Position numbers and translations under genes: made by a program. From IMG/VR virus record IMGVR_UViG_3300042347_000998: a stretch of DNA of 64,000 bases. One strand, 5' to 3'. The notes under the pieces were generated by a model. The model saw only the letters and a program-made list of their open reading frames with translations. It did no database searches and had not been told where the DNA came from. This document shows, in pieces, positions 45,823-55,518 of this stretch (positions are counted from its first letter, which is position 1; each line of letters starts with the position of its first letter). Origin of the DNA: an uncultured virus (IMG/VR IMGVR_UViG_3300042347_000998) (Duplodnaviria; Heunggongvirae; Uroviricota; Caudoviricetes).

Positions 45823-47493
45823 ATGGCTAAATTATTTGGATTTAAAATAAAGGATACGGGAGACAATAATTCTAAAGGGATTATGTCTCCCATTCCTCGT
45901 AATGAGGAAGATAAATCCGATTTTTATATTTCTAGTGGTTTTTATGGACAATATGTAGATATTGAAGGTGTTTATAAGACTGAAGCAGATTTGATTAGAA
46001 GATATCGTGAGATGTCTTTGCATCCAGAATGTGATAGTGCAATTGAAGATATTGTGAATGAAGCAATAGTTTCCGACCTTAATGATTCTCCTGTAGAAAT
46101 AGAACTTTCAAATCTTCCAGCATCTGATAAATTAAAAGATATTATCAGAGAAGAATTTAAGTATATTAAAGAGATTATGGACTTTGATAAAAAGTGCCAC
46201 GAAATCTTTAGAAATTGGTATGTTGATGGAAGAATTTATTATCATAAAGTGATTGATTTAAAAAAACCAAATGAAGGCATAAAAGAAATTAGATATGTTG
46301 ATGCCCTTAAAATTAAATATGTAAGGAAATTAAAAAAAGGGAATAATGATGCTTTTGGTGTTGATTATAGGCAATTTGTAAATGGAAAAAATAAAATTGA
46401 TTTTTCAACACAAGATCTTGAAGAGTACTATATTTACGATCCAAATGTTGGGTCTTCTCAAAATGCAACATATAAGTCATCAGATGTTAATAGTGTAAAA
46501 ATCGCAAAAGATGCTATTACTTACATAACTTCTGGTTTGGTTGATCGTAACAAGCAGACTGTATTATCATTTTTACATAAAGCAATCAAATCACTCAATC
46601 AATTAAGAATGATTGAAGATAGTCTTGTAATTTATAGACTATCTCGTGCTCCAGAAAGAAGAATTTTTTATATTGATGTTGGCAATCTACCAAAAATCAA
46701 GGCAGAGCAATATCTTCGTGATGTGATGAATCGTTATCGTAACAAGTTAGTATACAATGCAGATACTGGTGAAATTAAAGATGACCGAAAATATATGGCA
46801 ATGCTTGAAGATTTTTGGCTTCCAAGAAGAGAAGGTGGCAGAGGAACTGAAATCACAACTCTTCCTGGTGGTCAGAATCTTGGAGAACTTGCTGATATTG
46901 AATATTTCCAGAAAAAACTTTATGATTCTTTAGGTGTTCCCCCAACTCGTCTTGATGCCGGTGGAGGATTTAATCTTGGACGTTCATCAGAAATTCTTAG
47001 AGATGAATTAAAATTCACAAGATTTGTCGGAAGACTGAGAAAAAGATTTTCTCAAATCTTTATTGATATGTTGAAAACTCAGTTAATTCTTAAGAATATT
47101 GTAACACCAGAAGATTGGAAAACCTTAAGTGACCACATTCAATTTGACTATGTTTATGATAATCATTTTTCAGATTTGAAGAAAAATGAATTAATGAACG
47201 ATAAGTTGGGTGTTGTTGCAGCAATGGAACCATATGTTGGTCGTTATTTTTCATCACAATATGTAAGGTCAAAGATACTTGGTCAAACTGATAGTGAAAT
47301 TTTAGAAATTGACAAGCAAATTAAAAAAGAAATTAAAGATGGAATTATTCCTGACCCATCTTTAGCAATGAATCCTATGATGGGTATGCCTAATGGACAA
47401 CCATCTTCAAATAATTTTGGAAATATACCACAAGAAGGTGGACTCACTGATGCCCAAACAGGAGTTGAATTGGGTAGTCAGGGAGAGATATAA
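45823..47493 (+). CDS. gp20: portal protein gp20
   Basis: RAPERRIFYIDVGNLP, EDFWLPRREGGRGTEITTLPGGQNLG. Confidence 0.98.
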   Translation: MAKLFGFKIKDTGDNNSKGIMSPIPRNEEDKSDFYISSGFYGQYVDIEGVYKTEADLIRRYREMSLHPECDSAIEDIVNEAIVSDLNDSPVEIELSNLPASDKLKDIIREEFKYIKEIMDFDKKCHEIFRNWYVDGRIYYHKVIDLKKPNEGIKEIRYVDALKIKYVRKLKKGNNDAFGVDYRQFVNGKNKIDFSTQDLEEYYIYDPNVGSSQNATYKSSDVNSVKIAKDAITYITSGLVDRNKQTVLSFLHKAIKSLNQLRMIEDSLVIYRLSRAPERRIFYIDVGNLPKIKAEQYLRDVMNRYRNKLVYNADTGEIKDDRKYMAMLEDFWLPRREGGRGTEITTLPGGQNLGELADIEYFQKKLYDSLGVPPTRLDAGGGFNLGRSSEILRDELKFTRFVGRLRKRFSQIFIDMLKTQLILKNIVTPEDWKTLSDHIQFDYVYDNHFSDLKKNELMNDKLGVVAAMEPYVGRYFSSQYVRSKILGQTDSEILEIDKQIKKEIKDGIIPDPSLAMNPMMGMPNGQPSSNNFGNIPQEGGLTDAQTGVELGSQGEI

Positions 47494-47519
47494 ATAAAAA
47501 TAGTTAATTTTGCATAGTT

Positions 47520-47678
47520 ATGGAAGAATTAGTAGATATGATTGCTGGTGAATCATCACCATCAGATGTTTCTGATAAGATTAAAGAAATTCTTTTCTCA
47601 AAAGCTTCAGAAAAAATCAATTCGGTAAGACCAGAAGTCACCGCAACAATGTTTAATTTAGAAGATGAGGAGCAATAA
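47520..47678 (+). CDS. small acidic protein at the prohead-core (gp67-like) position (not in ORF track)
   Basis: MEELVDMIAGESSPSDVSDKIKEILFSKASEKI...; late promoter TATAAATA at 47489. Confidence 0.75.
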   Translation: MEELVDMIAGESSPSDVSDKIKEILFSKASEKINSVRPEVTATMFNLEDEEQ

Positions 47679-47681
47679 TAA

Positions 47682-48677
47682 GTGAATTTTGAAGATAATT
47701 CAAAAGATTTATCTGATTTTTTTAATACTATTAGTTCGGGAAAACAAAAAAGAAAAAAAGAATTGCAAGAGACTGTAGGAGACTCTGTAAATGATTTTTT
47801 TCAAACCATTAGTATTGGCAAAAAAATAGAAAAAGAAAAAAAGGAGTCTTTAGTTGGGGACTCCTTTGAAACTCTTTTTTTGTCAAAACTTGAAGAAAGT
47901 AAAAAAGAAATAAAAAAGAAAAAAATACAAGAACAAAAGACTGTAAAGGCATTTGAGGATTGGTTATATTCTGAGACACCAAAACAACAAGAACAAGTAA
48001 TTGAAGATGTAATTGAAGAATCTTTGGATGAAGTTCTTGAAGTTTTGGAAGAATATAAAGAAGAACTTGAAAAACCCAAAGAAGACCTGATTGAAAAATC
48101 ATTAGGTCTTCTTGCTGAACCAAGTGATGTTAAAGTTCAACAAGACCCATTAACTCCATTAGACCAAAAGTTCGCAACACTTGACGATTTACAGAAACAT
48201 TACAAACTGTTTCTTTCTCGTATTCAACAACAACTATCAACAGTTGGTGGAGGTGGCGAAACCAGATTAAGATACTTGGATGATATTGTAGGCATCGCAA
48301 CTAATTCTGGTGCTTATAATAATAAATTTTTACAATGGAATTCCACAACAAATCAAGCAGAGTTTGTTGATCCAAATGATGTTGGTGGCACAACAATTGT
48401 AAATATCTCTGGTATTACCACTTACTATCAGGCATCGAATGTAGATGATTATATTGGAGTAAGTGCAAATGTTCCAGTAACAATTGTATTACCACAAATT
48501 CCTTCTTATGGTAAGAAGTTAATTGTAAAAGACGAGGGTAATAAGATTGCTACATACAATATAACAGTCCAGGCAGGTGCTGGAACAAGTGTAGAGAATG
48601 ATAGTTCGGTTATTATGACTATCAATCATCAAAGTTTTACTTATTTTTACAATGGTTCTAATTGGTTCTTAATCTAA
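47682..48677 (+). CDS. hypothetical protein with charged N-terminal half and beta-rich C-terminal half
   Basis: GTG start; GGGGETRLRYLDD linker; C-terminal ITVLP..G....VKDE...W pattern of fibre-like proteins. Confidence 0.7.
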   Translation: MNFEDNSKDLSDFFNTISSGKQKRKKELQETVGDSVNDFFQTISIGKKIEKEKKESLVGDSFETLFLSKLEESKKEIKKKKIQEQKTVKAFEDWLYSETPKQQEQVIEDVIEESLDEVLEVLEEYKEELEKPKEDLIEKSLGLLAEPSDVKVQQDPLTPLDQKFATLDDLQKHYKLFLSRIQQQLSTVGGGGETRLRYLDDIVGIATNSGAYNNKFLQWNSTTNQAEFVDPNDVGGTTIVNISGITTYYQASNVDDYIGVSANVPVTIVLPQIPSYGKKLIVKDEGNKIATYNITVQAGAGTSVENDSSVIMTINHQSFTYFYNGSNWFLI

Positions 48678-48678
48678 T

Positions 48679-50433
48679 ATGTCTTATAATCCTCTTCCCC
48701 AACCAGCACAATCCGTAGTTCTTACAGGTGCTGGAACATCATTAGTTACTTATGCTAACCCATTTCCAGTTTCATTAGGTTCTTCTAATATTACAATCAC
48801 TGGTGATGTAAATGTAGGAACAACTGTATCAGTCACAAGCACTCCCGAAAATCCTGTCCATACTCATATTACAGAAGTTGGTTCAAGTGGTATTTTACAG
48901 GATATGGGTGTTCCTTATATGCCTGTTGGTGTTGGAACAGTAAATCTAAATCTTTCATATCTTCCAGTTGGTATTTCTTCATTACTGAATACTGTATCAA
49001 TAGGAAATACAGTTTCTATTTCTAATACTTCATTCTACATAACCAATCCAGTCACAACAGTCGCAGTATCAGGTATTGGTTCTACTGTTACAGTTCAAGG
49101 AACAGTAGGTATTGGAACCACAGGGCAAGTATCACTCAACCTCAATAGTGCTCCTGTAAGTTCTACTAATCCCCTACCAGTTACGGGAACAGTATCAATT
49201 TCTACAACATCATCAGCATCTGTTACATTTCCACCAATAGCAACTGATGCATTTGGAAGATTAAGAACTTCAACTCCACTTACACTTTTTGATAGTTCCC
49301 ACAGATACAAGGACAATAATCTTTGGAGTGGTTTAGTTGTAGGAACTGGTTCAACAGTTGGATTTGTAACAGCACAAGGTTTAGTCAATATTAGTATAGG
49401 AACTACTGCTGGATGTTCTGTGATTAGGGAAACCACAAAAGTATTCTCTTATCAACCAGGAAAATCATTACAAGTGATGAATACTTTTGTAATGAACCCA
49501 GCAAAAGCAAATCTTCGTCAAAGAGTAGGATACTTTGGTGCAGATAATGGAATGTATCTGGAACTTGATGGAAGCACTTTATATTTTGCGGAAAGAAGTT
49601 TATCTACTGGAACAACAACAAGAGTTGCACAGTCGGATTGGAATGTTGATACGATGCTTGGTGCAGGGCATCTCAATCCATCTGGTGTTACATTAGATAT
49701 TTCCAAAGCACAAATTTTGTGGATGGATATTGAATGGTTGGGAGTTGGAACAGTTAGGTTGGGTTTTGTAGTTGATGGGAAGTTTATTCACTGTCATTCA
49801 TTCCATCACGCAAACTTAATCACTTCAACTTATATTACAACGGCATCATTACCTTTGAGATATGAGATTGCAAATACTGGAATTACAACAAGTTCAAGCA
49901 CACTGAAACAAGTTTGTTCTAGTGTAATTTCAGAGGGTGGTTATGAACTTCGTGGATTGCAACAGGCAGTAGGAACACCAGTCCAAACACCAGTTGATTT
50001 AACAACAGCAGGAACTTATTATACAGTTGTATCAATTCGTCTTAAAGCAACACCAAATAGATTAGATGCAATTATAATTATGACTGCACTTTCTATTCTA
50101 GGCATTACAAATAATGCAACTTATAACTGGCAAGTAAGAGCATCTGGAACATCTAGTGGTGCAACTTGGACTGATGCTGGTGTTGATAGTGCTGTTGAAT
50201 ATAAGATTGGTGGGGGAACTTATACTGGCGGAAGAATACTAGCATCTGGATATACGTATGGTTCCAATCAAGGTTCATCATCAGTAGATATTCTTAAAGA
50301 GGCATTATTTAAGTTTCAGTTGGAAAGGGATGCATTAACAGGAACACCTTATGAACTTTCTATTGTATGTGCTTCTGATGCTAATGGTGCAGATATTCAC
50401 GGGTCTATGGACTGGGAAGAAATTAGTAGGTAA
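48679..50433 (+). CDS. putative virion structural protein
   Basis: DAFGRLRTS.P.TLFD, YQPGKS, DIEWLGVG.VR.GF motifs; Ser/Thr/Val-rich N-terminus. Confidence 0.75.
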   Translation: MSYNPLPQPAQSVVLTGAGTSLVTYANPFPVSLGSSNITITGDVNVGTTVSVTSTPENPVHTHITEVGSSGILQDMGVPYMPVGVGTVNLNLSYLPVGISSLLNTVSIGNTVSISNTSFYITNPVTTVAVSGIGSTVTVQGTVGIGTTGQVSLNLNSAPVSSTNPLPVTGTVSISTTSSASVTFPPIATDAFGRLRTSTPLTLFDSSHRYKDNNLWSGLVVGTGSTVGFVTAQGLVNISIGTTAGCSVIRETTKVFSYQPGKSLQVMNTFVMNPAKANLRQRVGYFGADNGMYLELDGSTLYFAERSLSTGTTTRVAQSDWNVDTMLGAGHLNPSGVTLDISKAQILWMDIEWLGVGTVRLGFVVDGKFIHCHSFHHANLITSTYITTASLPLRYEIANTGITTSSSTLKQVCSSVISEGGYELRGLQQAVGTPVQTPVDLTTAGTYYTVVSIRLKATPNRLDAIIIMTALSILGITNNATYNWQVRASGTSSGATWTDAGVDSAVEYKIGGGTYTGGRILASGYTYGSNQGSSSVDILKEALFKFQLERDALTGTPYELSIVCASDANGADIHGSMDWEEISR

Positions 50434-50475
50434 TACTAGATATTGATAAATAACTAATATAGTCCAATTATTACA

Positions 50476-51030
50476 ATGTCCGTATATAAGATTGTACAAA
50501 AAATTACGCCATTGACGATGACTGGTGCAGCAGTGACCAGTAATCCAATTGCTTTGAGGTCTGGTTTTTTGAGAATTGTTCCAGAACAAGATGCTTACGT
50601 TGAGGTTGCTCCAACCCCAACAATTAGTACTTCTACGAATGCTAGTATTTTTGTGAAGGCTGGAACTGAACTTGTTTTAAAAGATACCGCAGTCACTCAA
50701 ACTATTGTTGGTGTAACTACTGGAACTACCACTGTTGTGACTTTACCAGAAGGTACTTTCTCTGATTTTTCTGCTGGTGATATTGTTGAACTTACTGGTA
50801 TTGTTCCCGCAGGAATTAACACAACAGCAGCAACTGTTGCATCAGTTGATGCAACGAATGATGCTGGAACAGGTGGATTTAATAGAGTAATTACTCTTAC
50901 TTGGAATACTTCAAGTCAAGGTGCTCCAATTACTACTTCCACTGGTGTTTTGAGAAGAGTAACAAAAGTTGCTGCTTATGGTGCAAGTGGAAAACTTCAC
51001 ATCACAGAAATTCAAATCGCAGGTGGTTAA
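50476..51030 (+). CDS. hypothetical late (structural) protein
   Basis: Late promoter at 50446; immediately upstream of gp21. Confidence 0.75.
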   Translation: MSVYKIVQKITPLTMTGAAVTSNPIALRSGFLRIVPEQDAYVEVAPTPTISTSTNASIFVKAGTELVLKDTAVTQTIVGVTTGTTTVVTLPEGTFSDFSAGDIVELTGIVPAGINTTAATVASVDATNDAGTGGFNRVITLTWNTSSQGAPITTSTGVLRRVTKVAAYGASGKLHITEIQIAGG

Positions 51031-51034
51031 TCCA

Positions 51035-51685
51035 ATGAAACTTATCACAGAAGAAATAGAAAAGGTAAAAGTAATTACCGAAGAAAAAAATGGAGTTAAA
51101 TCCCTTTTTATTGAAGGTGTTTTTCTTCAGGCAAATAGACCAAATAGAAATAAAAGATTATATGAAATGAGAACTCTTGAAAGAGAAGTCAAAAGATATA
51201 ATGAAAATTTTATTGCTAAAGGTCGTGCTCTTGGTGAATTGGGACATCCAGATGGACCAACTTTAAATCTTGATAGAGTATCCCATAAAATTACTATGCT
51301 TGAAAGAAAAGATGATAATTTTATGGGAAAAGCAAAAATTCTTGAAACTCCAATGGGCAAAATTGCTTCTTCTCTTTTAGGTGAAGGAGTTTGTCTTGGT
51401 GTTTCTTCTCGTGGTGTTGGTTCATTGATTCCAACTAATGAAGGTTATTCTTTAGTTGGTGAAGATTTTATGCTTGCAACTGCTGCTGATATTGTTGCAG
51501 ACCCTTCTGCTCCTGATGCTTTTGTGAATGGAATTATGGAAGGGAGAGAATGGATATATGATTCCAATAAAAAAACTTGGATTGCGGAATCAATTAAAAA
51601 TATTATTGAAAAGGATGTAAAACAAAGAAAATTAACTGAACAGAGAAAATTACAGCATTTTGAAAAGTTTTTGGATATGCTTTGA
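51035..51685 (+). CDS. gp21: prohead protease gp21
   Basis: MKLITE, ALGELGHP, GVSSRGVGS, DIVADPSAPDAFV. Confidence 0.97.
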   Translation: MKLITEEIEKVKVITEEKNGVKSLFIEGVFLQANRPNRNKRLYEMRTLEREVKRYNENFIAKGRALGELGHPDGPTLNLDRVSHKITMLERKDDNFMGKAKILETPMGKIASSLLGEGVCLGVSSRGVGSLIPTNEGYSLVGEDFMLATAADIVADPSAPDAFVNGIMEGREWIYDSNKKTWIAESIKNIIEKDVKQRKLTEQRKLQHFEKFLDML

Positions 51686-51755
51686 TTTTATACATTAAAA
51701 TTATAAATTATAAATAAATATAGATTTAAGAAACTAGTTAAATCGGAGAGTTCAA

Positions 51756-52982
51756 ATGTCCCGTGGTAGAAACTTACAAGAAATGGAATCAGACACAAAA
51801 CAATCTAAAACTGCTGTAAATGCCGGTGCAAAGGCAGCAGAACCAATGCAAAAGTTAACCACAGGAATTCCTGATGGTCAAACAGGCAGTTGGGAAGACC
51901 TTGGTGGTCCTACTCCAGAAAATTATCGTTCAGATGATGACTCTGCAAAATTAAAAGACCCTTCAACAACTCTTAAGCAAGTTAAGGATGTTGTAAATAA
52001 GGGTGCAAAAGCAGCAGAAGGAATGAAAAAAATGGCTTCTCCTGTAAAGGAGTCTTCAGAAGAAGATGAAGATGAAGAACTCGTAGAAGGAGAATATGAG
52101 GAAGGTGAAGAGGAAGTAGTAGCAGAAGCTAAGCATAAGTCCGAAGAAGACGAAGAAGAGGGTGAAGAAGAAGAGGGTGAAGAAGAAGGTGAAGAGGAAG
52201 ATGAAGAAGACGAGGACGGAAAGAAAAAGAAAATGAAAGAGGCATTTGCCCAAATTGAAGAAGAAATTGAGGAAGATGTTTCTGCTCTTCTTTCTGGAGA
52301 AGAACTTTCCGAAGATTTTAAAGTAAAAGCAAAAACTGTTTTTGAAGCAGCATTAAATGCTAGAACAAAACAGATTGAAGAAGCAGTTGTTTTACATTAC
52401 GAACAGCAACTTATTGAAGAAATTGATGCAATTAAGGAAGAACTCACTGAAAGACTTGATTCTTATCTTGAGTATGTTGCTGATGAATGGGTTCAGGAAA
52501 ATGCTCTTGCAATTGAGCAAGGCATTAAGTCTGAAATGACTGAGAGTTTCCTCTCAGGTATGAAGCAACTTTTTGAAGAACATTATGTAACAATCCCTGA
52601 AGAGAAATATGATGTCATTGAAAGTATGGTAGATAAACTTGATGAAATGGAGACAAAACTCAACGAGCAAATTGAAAGAAATGTTGCTCTAAATAAGAGA
52701 TTAGCCGAATCAGTTACCGATGTAATCTTTGCCGAAGTTACTGAGGGTCTTGCTCTTTCACAGAAAGACAAACTTGCTTCTCTTGCCGAAAATGTTGAGT
52801 TTGATAGTGAATCAGACTATCGTGAGAAGCTGGTAACTCTAAGGGAATCATATTTCCCAAGACATACTGGTGCTCAACTAGACAACTCAGATTATATCAC
52901 AGAAGGTATGGAGTATCATCAAGAAGTTTCAGGGTCAATGGCCCATTATCTTGATGCACTTGGAAGAGTTTCTAAAAAGTGA
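51756..52982 (+). CDS. gp22: prohead core scaffold gp22
   Basis: Acidic coiled coil, KAKTVFEAA, YLEYVADEW..EN; between gp21 and gp23. Confidence 0.93.
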   Translation: MSRGRNLQEMESDTKQSKTAVNAGAKAAEPMQKLTTGIPDGQTGSWEDLGGPTPENYRSDDDSAKLKDPSTTLKQVKDVVNKGAKAAEGMKKMASPVKESSEEDEDEELVEGEYEEGEEEVVAEAKHKSEEDEEEGEEEEGEEEGEEEDEEDEDGKKKKMKEAFAQIEEEIEEDVSALLSGEELSEDFKVKAKTVFEAALNARTKQIEEAVVLHYEQQLIEEIDAIKEELTERLDSYLEYVADEWVQENALAIEQGIKSEMTESFLSGMKQLFEEHYVTIPEEKYDVIESMVDKLDEMETKLNEQIERNVALNKRLAESVTDVIFAEVTEGLALSQKDKLASLAENVEFDSESDYREKLVTLRESYFPRHTGAQLDNSDYITEGMEYHQEVSGSMAHYLDALGRVSKK

Positions 52983-53032
52983 TTTTTATATCATAAACAA
53001 TCAAACTAAAACTTTTTAAAGAGGTAAAAAAA

Positions 53033-54475
53033 ATGCAAATGTTCAATGCGGAGCATCTGCAGGAGAAGTGGTCACCACTCCTTGACTATCAAGGTCTGGA
53101 CCCAATCAAAGACTCACATCGCAGAATGGTAACTGCGGTTCTCCTGGAGAATCAAGAAAAATTCCTTCGTGAAGAAAGATCATTTCTTTACGAAACCGGA
53201 GCACCAACTAGCACAACTGGTTCAACCAGTAACACTGCTGGTTTCTCTGGTGGTGCTGTTGCAGGTGGTCCAGTAGCAGGTTTTGATCCTGTTCTGATCT
53301 CCCTGATCCGTCGTTCAATGCCTAACCTGGTCGCATATGACCTCGCAGGTGTTCAACCAATGAATGGTCCTACAGGACTTATCTTCGCAATGCGTTCACG
53401 TTACACCAACCAATCAGGTGCCGAGGCATTCTTTGATGAAGTTGATACTCAGTTCTCTGGTAGAAAGGGTAATCAATCTCAGTATGCTGTTAATCCTACT
53501 GTTGAAGCAAACGTAGGTTTTGGTACTACTGCTGCACAATCTGGTAGCAATCCTGGTCTTCTTAGTGCTGGTGGTTCTCAGCAAGATTACAACGTTGGTG
53601 GTGGTATGTCCACTGCTGATGCAGAGATTCTTGGTTCCGACTCCGGTGCTTCATTCAATGAGATGGCATTCTCAATTGAGAAAGTCACCGTTACTGCAAA
53701 ATCCAGAGCACTGAAAGCCGAGTATTCACTTGAGCTTGCACAAGACCTGAAGGCAATTCACGGTCTGAATGCTGAGGCTGAATTAGCAAACATTCTCTCA
53801 ACAGAGATTCTTGCTGAAATCAACCGTGAAGTTATTCGTACCATCTATAAGACTGCTGAATCTGGTGCTCAGTTCAACGTTGCTAATGCTGGTACTTTTG
53901 ACCTTGACATTGACTCCAATGGTCGTTGGTCAGTTGAAAAGTTCAAGGGTCTGATTTTCCAAATCGAAAGAGACGCAAACGCAATTGCACAGCGTACTCG
54001 TAGAGGAAAGGGTAACATTATTATGTGCTCTTCTGACGTTGCTTCTGCACTCTCAATGGCAGGTCTTCTTGATTATACACCTGCACTCAATGCTAACCTG
54101 AACGTTGATGATACTGGCAATACTTTTGCTGGTGTTCTGAACGGTAAGTACAGAGTTTACATTGACCCATATTCAGGTGGTGCTGGTAACCCAGCAACTG
54201 GAGCAACTGGTGGTCAGTATTACGTTGTTGGTTATAAGGGTTCTTCACCTTATGACGCAGGACTCTTCTACTGCCCATACGTTCCTCTTCAAATGGTTCG
54301 TGCAGTTGGTGAGAACACCTTCCAGCCAAAAATCGGATTCAAGACTCGTTATGGTCTTGTTGCTAATCCATTTGCTGAAGGTAAGTCTGCATCAGCTCCT
54401 GAGACCAATCTTGGTCGTATTCAGACCAACTCAAACCGTTACTACAGAAGAGTTCAAGTTAAGAACCTTATGTGA
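53033..54475 (+). CDS. gp23: major capsid protein gp23
   Basis: GVQPMNGPTGLIFAMR, KSRALKAEYSLELAQDLKAIHGL, FQPKIGFKTRYG. Confidence 0.99.
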   Translation: MQMFNAEHLQEKWSPLLDYQGLDPIKDSHRRMVTAVLLENQEKFLREERSFLYETGAPTSTTGSTSNTAGFSGGAVAGGPVAGFDPVLISLIRRSMPNLVAYDLAGVQPMNGPTGLIFAMRSRYTNQSGAEAFFDEVDTQFSGRKGNQSQYAVNPTVEANVGFGTTAAQSGSNPGLLSAGGSQQDYNVGGGMSTADAEILGSDSGASFNEMAFSIEKVTVTAKSRALKAEYSLELAQDLKAIHGLNAEAELANILSTEILAEINREVIRTIYKTAESGAQFNVANAGTFDLDIDSNGRWSVEKFKGLIFQIERDANAIAQRTRRGKGNIIMCSSDVASALSMAGLLDYTPALNANLNVDDTGNTFAGVLNGKYRVYIDPYSGGAGNPATGATGGQYYVVGYKGSSPYDAGLFYCPYVPLQMVRAVGENTFQPKIGFKTRYGLVANPFAEGKSASAPETNLGRIQTNSNRYYRRVQVKNLM

Positions 54476-54494
54476 TTTCGGTTCACAAATACTG

Positions 54495-54520
54495 GAGGGT
54501 CCAAAAGACCCTCTTTTTTT
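54495..54520 (+). terminator. rho-independent terminator after gp23
   Basis: GAGGGTC-CAAAA-GACCCTC followed by T7. Confidence 0.9.
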
Positions 54521-54542
54521 ATGTCTATAAATAAAAATAAAA

Positions 54543-55085
54543 ATGAGTCCGAGTCCTTGGTCAAAACAAATTAGTAATAGAAATTACTTGTCCCCTGTAG
54601 GATTTAAATTTATTTTATCTGAATATCCTAAGGTTGATTTTTTTTCTAATTCATCACAAATACCAGGTATAAATTTAGGAGTTGCAGTTCAATCAAACTA
54701 TCTGAAAGATATTCCAATTCCTGGTGATAAACTTTCTTATGATGATTTTTCTTTTGAGTTTTTTGTAGATGAAAATTTACAAAATTATTTACAAGTTCAC
54801 AATTGGATGAGAGGTCTTGGATATCCTCAAAGTGTATCCGAATATCAAGAGTTATTAAATTCAGACGAATTAAATCCAGGTATCCAAGATGCAAACTTTG
54901 GACAATCGGATGGCAGTTTAATACTCTATAATAGTAACTACAATCCTATAGCACAAGTAAATTTCAGAGGATTGTTTCCAGTTTCTTTATCTACTTTAGA
55001 TTTCAATGCTAAAGTACAAGATATTAATTTTGTGACTGCAAATGTCACATTCAAATATACATTATATGACATAGTTGTTTATTAA
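54543..55085 (+). CDS. gp3: tail completion protein gp3
   Basis: NYLSPVGFKF, PGDKLSY, VDENLQNY..HNW, FPVSLS. Confidence 0.85.
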   Translation: MSPSPWSKQISNRNYLSPVGFKFILSEYPKVDFFSNSSQIPGINLGVAVQSNYLKDIPIPGDKLSYDDFSFEFFVDENLQNYLQVHNWMRGLGYPQSVSEYQELLNSDELNPGIQDANFGQSDGSLILYNSNYNPIAQVNFRGLFPVSLSTLDFNAKVQDINFVTANVTFKYTLYDIVVY

Positions 55086-55089
55086 TCTT

Positions 55090-55518
55090 ATGAACCTTGA
55101 TGAAATTCAAATATTATGGGAAGAAGATTCAAAGATAGACCCAGACAATCTACATCAAGAATCACTTAAAATTCCATCTTTACATTCAAAATATTATAAA
55201 ATATACAATAACATTATTCTTCTTAAAAAAATGGAGGAGAATAAATATAAAATTTTAAAAAAAGAAAAATGGTTATATTATTCAGGAAAAGCAGAACCAG
55301 AAGTATATAAAACCAATCCATTTGACCATAAGGTTTTAAAACCAGACCTAGATAAGTATATGGATGCCGATTCTGATTTAATTAAAGTAATATCAAAAAT
55401 TGAATACTATCAGATAATGATAAGTTATTTGGATGGAATTTTAAAAACAATATTAAATAGAACTTATCAGATTAAAAATGCCATTGAATATATGAGATTT
55501 ACTGCAGGATATGACTAA
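55090..55518 (+). CDS. uvsY: recombination mediator UvsY
   Basis: WEEDSKID, SLKIPSLHSKY, RTYQIKNAIEY.RF. Confidence 0.9.
   Translation: MNLDEIQILWEEDSKIDPDNLHQESLKIPSLHSKYYKIYNNIILLKKMEENKYKILKKEKWLYYSGKAEPEVYKTNPFDHKVLKPDLDKYMDADSDLIKVISKIEYYQIMISYLDGILKTILNRTYQIKNAIEYMRFTAGYD

Noticed and set aside
52056..52220. GAA-rich repeat in gp22
   Set aside because: It encodes the ordinary acidic low-complexity linker of the scaffold protein
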